A stretch of DNA of 62,316 nt, counting the filler, from Actinomycetota bacterium (GTDB lineage: Bacteria; Actinomycetota; Acidimicrobiia; IMCC26256; VFJJ01), in NCBI GenBank assembly GCA_009886115.1. It is 4 parts of 4 records of this genome, joined end to end, with 100 filler letters (N's around TTAATTAATTAA, not from the genome) between each part and the next. Parts side by side here need not be neighbours in the genome. Positions count along the whole stretch, not along the records: positions 47,387 to 62,316 come from VFJJ01000152.1; 3 more parts are not named here. One strand, 5' to 3'. The position numbers were made by a program, and so were the translations under genes. Below are positions 57,114-62,316 of the stretch, in pieces. The first letter of the stretch is position 1, and each line of letters begins with the position of its first letter. The notes beneath the pieces are model-generated. The model ran no database searches and was not told the origin of the DNA. It was given only the letters and a program-made list of their open reading frames with translations.

Positions 57114-59963
57114 TCAGCCGGCGACGCCGCTGCGTTGGATGGCTCTCGTGTCGGTGCCGAGGTACGAGGCGATCACGAGCGGGTTGGCCCGTACCTCCGC
57201 CGGGGTGCCCTCGGCGATGACGGCGCCGGCTTCGAGGCAGTAGATCCGGTCGCTGATGGCCATGACCATGGGCATGTCGTGCTCGATCACCAGGATCGAC
57301 GCGCCCAGCTCACGCTGCACCTGCTTGATGATCGGCCCGAAGGCTTCGGTCTCACGCTGGGCCACGCCGGCGGTGGGCTCGTCGAGCAGCATCAGCTTGG
57401 TGTCGAGGGCCATGAGACAGCCCAACTCCACGATCCGCCGGGTACCCGTCGACAGCTCGGCCAGCAACGAGTCGGCGTAGCGCCCCAGGCCGAAGTAGGC
57501 GATGATCTCCTCGGCCTCGGCCCGCTTGCGGCGTTCGGCGAACGGTGACGGCGGCAGCGCCAGCATCGACGGCAACAGGATCGAGCGCTCCCGGGCCTCC
57601 AACGCCACCATCAACGTCTCGCGCACCGTCAGCGCCCCGAACAGCTTGGCGTTCTGGAACGCCCGTCCGATGCCCAGCCGGGCCCGCCGGTACGGCGCCG
57701 TGGCGTCGACCACGGTCCCGAAGAGCTCGACGTGGCCGCCCGAGCGCACCAACCCCGACACGGCGTTCATGAGCGTGGTCTTGCCGGCGCCGTTGGTGCC
57801 GATGAGCCCCACGATCTCGCCCTGCTTCACGGTGATCGAGACCTCGTCGACCGCGACCCGTCCCCCGAAGCGGACCGTGAGCGCCACGGTCTTCAACGCC
57901 GGGACCTCGGCTGCATCGACATCGACCCCGGGCTCGGGGCCGGCGCGATCGCCGCCCCGGCGCGACAGCGTCGTGAGCCCCTCCTGCACCTTGCGGGCAG
58001 GAGGCGTCCAGCCGGTGCGCTTGGCGATGCGGGCCAGCAACACGTCGCGTCCCTGATGCACCAGCCCGATGAGACCCGACGGGAAGTACAAGACGATCAC
58101 GAGCATCCCGAGCGAGCTGGCGAAGAGGCGCACCTGGTCGGTGCCGTCGAGGATCGTGGGGATGCCCACGATGAGCAGCGTCCCGAGGATCGCTCCCGTG
58201 ATCGACGTGATCCCGCCCACCACGGCCACCGACATCACCCGCAGCGACTCCGACGGGGGGAACTGCGTGGGCTGGGTGGTGGAGTTGGCCAGGGCCAGCA
58301 GACCCCCGCCCAGCGCGGCGATGCCTCCCGAGACCGCAAACGCGATGAGCTTGGCCCGGGTGGGCGACACCGTGTAGGCCGAGGCCGTGGCCTCGTTCTC
58401 GCGCACGGCGATGAGCGAACGCCCGATCCCCGTGCGGCGCAAGCGGCTCACGATCACCAAGGTGAGCAGCAACACGATGAGGCACAGGAAGTAGAAGTCG
58501 CGCTTGTCGCGCAGGTTGAGGGGCCCGATCGTGGGCGGTTGGAGCTTGGCCCCGAAGCCGCCGTCGGCGTTGTTGAGACGGCCCAGGCCGAGCAGCCAGC
58601 CCTCGACCATGAGCGCGAACCCCAGCGTGACGACGGCGAGATACAGCCCGCGGATGCGCAACGCCGGCACGCCCATGACGACGGCGATCCCCACGCCCCA
58701 GGCCACGCCGAGCCCCAGCCCCACCAGGTACGGCAACTCCCTGGCGTAGTAGATCGTGAAGTACGCACCCACTGCTGCGAAGGCGAACTGGCCCAACGAG
58801 AGCTGGCCCGCCCATCCCGTCAGCACCGTCGCCGACACGGCCACGATCATGAAGATCAGGACCTCGGCGTACTTGATGTGATCGGTCGGCTTGTCGATGA
58901 GGAACGGCGCGACCACGCCGGCCGCGAGCAGCACCGCGCTGCCGCTCCAACGGGTCCACCGGGCCAGCGGATGCCGGGCCAGGTCCTGTGAACCGGCGCG
59001 CAGACGGCCGGTGAGGCTCCACGACTGGTCGTCGGACGCCTGGGCCCGTCCCCGGGTGAGCACCAGCACCACCAGGATGACGAACAGCACCAGCTTGTTG
59101 AGACCGGGATTGTCGGGGCTGTTCGAGAGCGTGAGCTGATCGATGATCCCGACCGCCACCCCGCCGACGAGGGCCAGCGGGAACGACGTGAGCCGTCCGA
59201 ACATGGCGGCGGTGAGCGCGAGCAGCAGCAGGTTGGGGCCCAGCGCGATCTGCACGCTGCCGGCGTCGAGGTTCTGGACGGGCCCGATGAGCAAGGCGCT
59301 GATGGCCGACAGCGCTCCGGCGAGCACCCACACCTTGGTCGAGACGGCCCGCACGCTGACCCCGCCCAGCGAGGCCGCACTCGGGTTGTCGGCCGCACAG
59401 CGCACCGCGAGCCCGAAGCGGGTCCGTTGCATCAGATACGCCAGGAGCATCACGAGGACGGGCACCACGATGAGCACCGCGAGTTGGCTGCCGCGCACGT
59501 CGATGTCGAGGCTGTCGATGCGCCAGCGCCCGTCCGAAAGACGCGGATACTGCGTGTACTCGTCGATCCTCGGGAGCTTGAACTGCACGAACAAGATGAG
59601 CTGGGAGACCCCCAGGGTGGCCACGAACAGCAGCAGGCGGGGCTGCTTGAACAGTCGTCGCACGATGAGCAGCTCGGTGAGCCCGCCCCAGGCCGCTCCG
59701 GCGATGATCGCCAACGGGAACGACAGCCCGTAGGGGACGTCGTAGTTCACCAACAAGACGGCCATCAGGTAGCCGCCGAAGGCCCCGATCTGGCCGTGCG
59801 CGAAGTTGATGACGCCCGACGCCCGGTACACGAGCACCAGCCCCAGCGCCACCAGGGCGTAGATGAGCCCGTTGATCGCGCCCTTCCAGACGATGTCGTT
59901 GCTGTAGGTGAACGCCAGCAGCGGGCTCATGACGGCATCCACGGCGACGCTCGACGGGCCCAT
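57114..59963 (-). CDS. Fused ABC transporter: LivH-like + LivM-like permeases + LivG-like ATPase
   Basis: GVINFAHG, GQLSLGQ..GLYLAVVTL, GTNGAGKTT, LSTG, LLDEP, IEHDM. Confidence 0.92.
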   Translation of the reverse strand: MGPSSVAVDAVMSPLLAFTYSNDIVWKGAINGLIYALVALGLVLVYRASGVINFAHGQIGAFGGYLMAVLLVNYDVPYGLSFPLAIIAGAAWGGLTELLIVRRLFKQPRLLLFVATLGVSQLILFVQFKLPRIDEYTQYPRLSDGRWRIDSLDIDVRGSQLAVLIVVPVLVMLLAYLMQRTRFGLAVRCAADNPSAASLGGVSVRAVSTKVWVLAGALSAISALLIGPVQNLDAGSVQIALGPNLLLLALTAAMFGRLTSFPLALVGGVAVGIIDQLTLSNSPDNPGLNKLVLFVILVVLVLTRGRAQASDDQSWSLTGRLRAGSQDLARHPLARWTRWSGSAVLLAAGVVAPFLIDKPTDHIKYAEVLIFMIVAVSATVLTGWAGQLSLGQFAFAAVGAYFTIYYARELPYLVGLGLGVAWGVGIAVVMGVPALRIRGLYLAVVTLGFALMVEGWLLGLGRLNNADGGFGAKLQPPTIGPLNLRDKRDFYFLCLIVLLLTLVIVSRLRRTGIGRSLIAVRENEATASAYTVSPTRAKLIAFAVSGGIAALGGGLLALANSTTQPTQFPPSESLRVMSVAVVGGITSITGAILGTLLIVGIPTILDGTDQVRLFASSLGMLVIVLYFPSGLIGLVHQGRDVLLARIAKRTGWTPPARKVQEGLTTLSRRGGDRAGPEPGVDVDAAEVPALKTVALTVRFGGRVAVDEVSITVKQGEIVGLIGTNGAGKTTLMNAVSGLVRSGGHVELFGTVVDATAPYRRARLGIGRAFQNAKLFGALTVRETLMVALEARERSILLPSMLALPPSPFAERRKRAEAEEIIAYFGLGRYADSLLAELSTGTRRIVELGCLMALDTKLMLLDEPTAGVAQRETEAFGPIIKQVQRELGASILVIEHDMPMVMAISDRIYCLEAGAVIAEGTPAEVRANPLVIASYLGTDTRAIQRSGVAG

Positions 59964-62212
59964 CAGGCACCTTCTCCCGAGAGGAAGACGGCCCGCAGCA
60001 GGTCGTCGCGTTCGAGCAGCTCCTGAGCCGGGCCCTCGAAACGGATCCGGCCCCGTTCCATGAAGATCGCCCGGTCGGCCACCGCCAAGGCCACGTTGAC
60101 CGACTGCTCGACGATGACCATCGTGAGACCCTGGGCCTTCAGGCCCTCGACCACCCCGAGCAGCTCGGAGACGACCAGCGGCGCCAGACCGAGCGAGAGC
60201 TCGTCGATGAGCAGGATCTCGGGTTCGAGGAGCACCGCCTTGGCCAGCGCCAGCATCTGCTGCTGGCCTCCCGACATCGAGCCCGCTCGCTGGTCGAGCC
60301 GATCGCGGAGCTGGGGGAAGGCCTCGTACACCAGCTCCATCCGCTCGCGCACCCGGCCCGGATCATCGCCGAGCTGCCAGCTCCACACCTCGAGGTTCTC
60401 GCCCACGGTGAGCGTGTTGAACAGCGCCTCGCCGCCGGGAACCTTCACCATCCCCAGCTTCACCCGGTACTCGGGGTCGACCAGGGTGATCGTCCGGCCC
60501 CCGAGGCGCACCACGCCGCGGTCGGGCATCATCAACCCGGAGACGGCGCGCAGCAGCGTCGACTTGCCGGCGCCGTTCGTGCCCAGCAGGGCCAACGTTT
60601 CGCCCCGCGCGACCTCGAAGCTCACGTCGAAGAGCACCTGCAGGGTTCCGTAGCTGGCGTCGAGGTTGCGCACCTGGAGCAGCGGGACGTGCGTGGGGTC
60701 CTCGGCCATCCGCCGGTGCTCGGCCTGGTCCTCGATGAGCTCCTCGACCACGAGCGAGATGTCGTTCTTCATGTAGCGGGCGCCGTTCACGATGAGGAGC
60801 CCGCCGATGATCGCCGCCGGCGGCACCACGATGGTGAGCGCGGTGCGCTCGCCGAACGAGTCGCTGAACGCCCCGGCGAGCAGCCCGCCGAAGAAACCGC
60901 CCATGAGGAAGATGTAGACCCCGATGAGCGAGAAGGCCTGGGCCCGCATGCGATACGGGATCACCGCCGAGATCGTGGGGCCGATCTGCGTGAACGCTGC
61001 ACCCTGGCAGGCGTTGGCCGCGGCCACGAACGCCACCATCACCGGGGCCGAGTCGAAGCGCAGCCCGATGGTGATCAGCACGCCGTAGGCGAGCACGAGG
61101 ATGCCCATCATCCGAAACGACGAGCGGGGGTCGCGGCGGAACAGGCGATCGCCATAGCGACCGGCGAAGGGGATGGCCAGCAGGGCCGCGCCCCACGTGA
61201 TCGAGCCGATCCAGCCCCGCTTGAACGCGCCGTAGTTGTACTCGTCCTCCAGCAGGAGGTTGAAGGCACCGGGCACGGCAACCAGCGCGAAGCCGAGCAC
61301 CCCGATGCCGACGACCAGGAAGTAGAACGTCCGCACCTTCTTCAGGCGCTGGAAGGCGGCCGAGAGCCGGACGGGCGGTTCCTCGACCGTCGTCTCGAGC
61401 ACGCCGCCGAGCACGGCTTCCTGCTCGTGACGACCTCGGGCCGGCTCCTTCAACAACGCCGTGGCGATCACCAGGATCCCCGCCGGGATGGCGAACACGT
61501 AGAACGCCAGGCGCCAGTCGTCGGGGTCGTCACCAGCCAGGGCCACGATGCCGCCGGCGATGAACGGCCCGATCACCTGACCGGCCGGGCGCCCGAGAGC
61601 CTCGAAGGCGAACACCCGAGCCCGCACCGCGATCGGATAGCGATCGGCGAGCATCGACGGCGAGATCGGGATGCGGGCCGAGCTCCCGAACCCCGTCCCG
61701 GCCCGCGTGACGCCCATGAGAAAGGCGTTCGAGACCGCTCCGGTGAAGGCCGCGAAGACGGCCCACAGCCCCGTGGCCCCGGCGAGGAGCTTGGTGCGCG
61801 AGTAACGGTCGGCCAGCCAGGCGAACGGCAGGGTCGACAACACCAGCACGACCCCCCCGAAGCTCTGCAGGCCCAGCAGCATGGTGTCGGAGATCTCGAG
61901 CGAATCCTGGATGTCGGGGCCGAGCACCTGGATGGCGACCCGGTCGAACTCCTCGACCAGCGTCAACAACAGGACGACGATGGCCAGCGAGGGGCCGCCG
62001 GCGCGCAAGCCCTCACGCAGCGACATGGTCTCGGTGCCCACTCCGGGCAGCAGGTCATCGGGCAGGAGGACCCCGCGCTCGCTCGCTCGTTGCGCGTCGC
62101 GTCGCTGTTCCTCCTCCTCGAAGACGACCGCGGTGAGCGCGGCCGCTGAGCCCAGGTTGTCCTCTTCGTCAGCCACGCTGCCCCCCGGCACGGCACTCGG
62201 TCGGACCGCCAT
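59963..62212 (-). CDS. MFS permease fused to a LivF-like ABC ATPase (start may be GTG 62176)
   Basis: AWLADRYSR and GRYGDRL MFS loop motifs with many TM segments, then GTNGAGKST, MSGGQQQM, LIDE, VEQS. Confidence 0.88.
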   Translation of the reverse strand: MAVRPSAVPGGSVADEEDNLGSAAALTAVVFEEEEQRRDAQRASERGVLLPDDLLPGVGTETMSLREGLRAGGPSLAIVVLLLTLVEEFDRVAIQVLGPDIQDSLEISDTMLLGLQSFGGVVLVLSTLPFAWLADRYSRTKLLAGATGLWAVFAAFTGAVSNAFLMGVTRAGTGFGSSARIPISPSMLADRYPIAVRARVFAFEALGRPAGQVIGPFIAGGIVALAGDDPDDWRLAFYVFAIPAGILVIATALLKEPARGRHEQEAVLGGVLETTVEEPPVRLSAAFQRLKKVRTFYFLVVGIGVLGFALVAVPGAFNLLLEDEYNYGAFKRGWIGSITWGAALLAIPFAGRYGDRLFRRDPRSSFRMMGILVLAYGVLITIGLRFDSAPVMVAFVAAANACQGAAFTQIGPTISAVIPYRMRAQAFSLIGVYIFLMGGFFGGLLAGAFSDSFGERTALTIVVPPAAIIGGLLIVNGARYMKNDISLVVEELIEDQAEHRRMAEDPTHVPLLQVRNLDASYGTLQVLFDVSFEVARGETLALLGTNGAGKSTLLRAVSGLMMPDRGVVRLGGRTITLVDPEYRVKLGMVKVPGGEALFNTLTVGENLEVWSWQLGDDPGRVRERMELVYEAFPQLRDRLDQRAGSMSGGQQQMLALAKAVLLEPEILLIDELSLGLAPLVVSELLGVVEGLKAQGLTMVIVEQSVNVALAVADRAIFMERGRIRFEGPAQELLERDDLLRAVFLSGEGA

Positions 62213-62316
62213 GCAACCAGTTCGTGGGTGCCTGACGCAACGTCGGGACCCGCCGCCAAGGACGTGCTTCGCTGCGCCGACGTGCGCGCCAGGTGCGCCG
62301 CGCCGTGCGCCGCGCC

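Noticed and set aside
62282..62316. GTGCGCCGCGCC-type short repeats at the window end
   Set aside because: Too short and cut off to interpret

Overview
High-GC actinobacterial DNA, probably Acidimicrobiia (inferred from gene content and order). The window is four separate contigs joined by artificial N44-TTAATTAATTAA-N44 linkers at 23994-24093, 41019-41118 and 47287-47386, so nothing can be inferred across those junctions. Contig 1 is core genome: the end of an rrn operon (23S 3' end, 5S), TPR protein, ssb-like gene, korAB, DUF1015, HAD, then tlyA-nadK-recN-pyrG-NUDIX-ald-xerD-dksA-S2P-HD, and trpS. Contig 2 is a catabolic/redox region (thioesterase, SDRs, crotonase, MDR, LLM/F420 enzymes, amidohydrolases, CoA transferase, aminotransferase plus nitrilase-family amidase). 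Contig 3 holds Uma2-uvrB-coaE and a two-component system followed by an Flp pilin. Contig 4 is an accessory region: two damaged cyclase-STAND paralogues, a DUF222-HNH gene with a LexA box, a DUF1778/GNAT toxin-antitoxin pair, Crp and cNMP-binding genes, a decaying TetR-controlled operon, and an MFS-ABC ATPase fusion transporter. The best candidate for an undescribed system is an AbiEi-like/DUF559 nuclease gene (27090-28016). It is bracketed by two direct copies of a ~72-bp element with a 48-bp near-perfect palindrome, and is preceded by the same PafBC/RecA-NDp-type promoter motif found in front of uvrB and the ssb-like gene. All calls are from reading motifs by eye; no searches were run.
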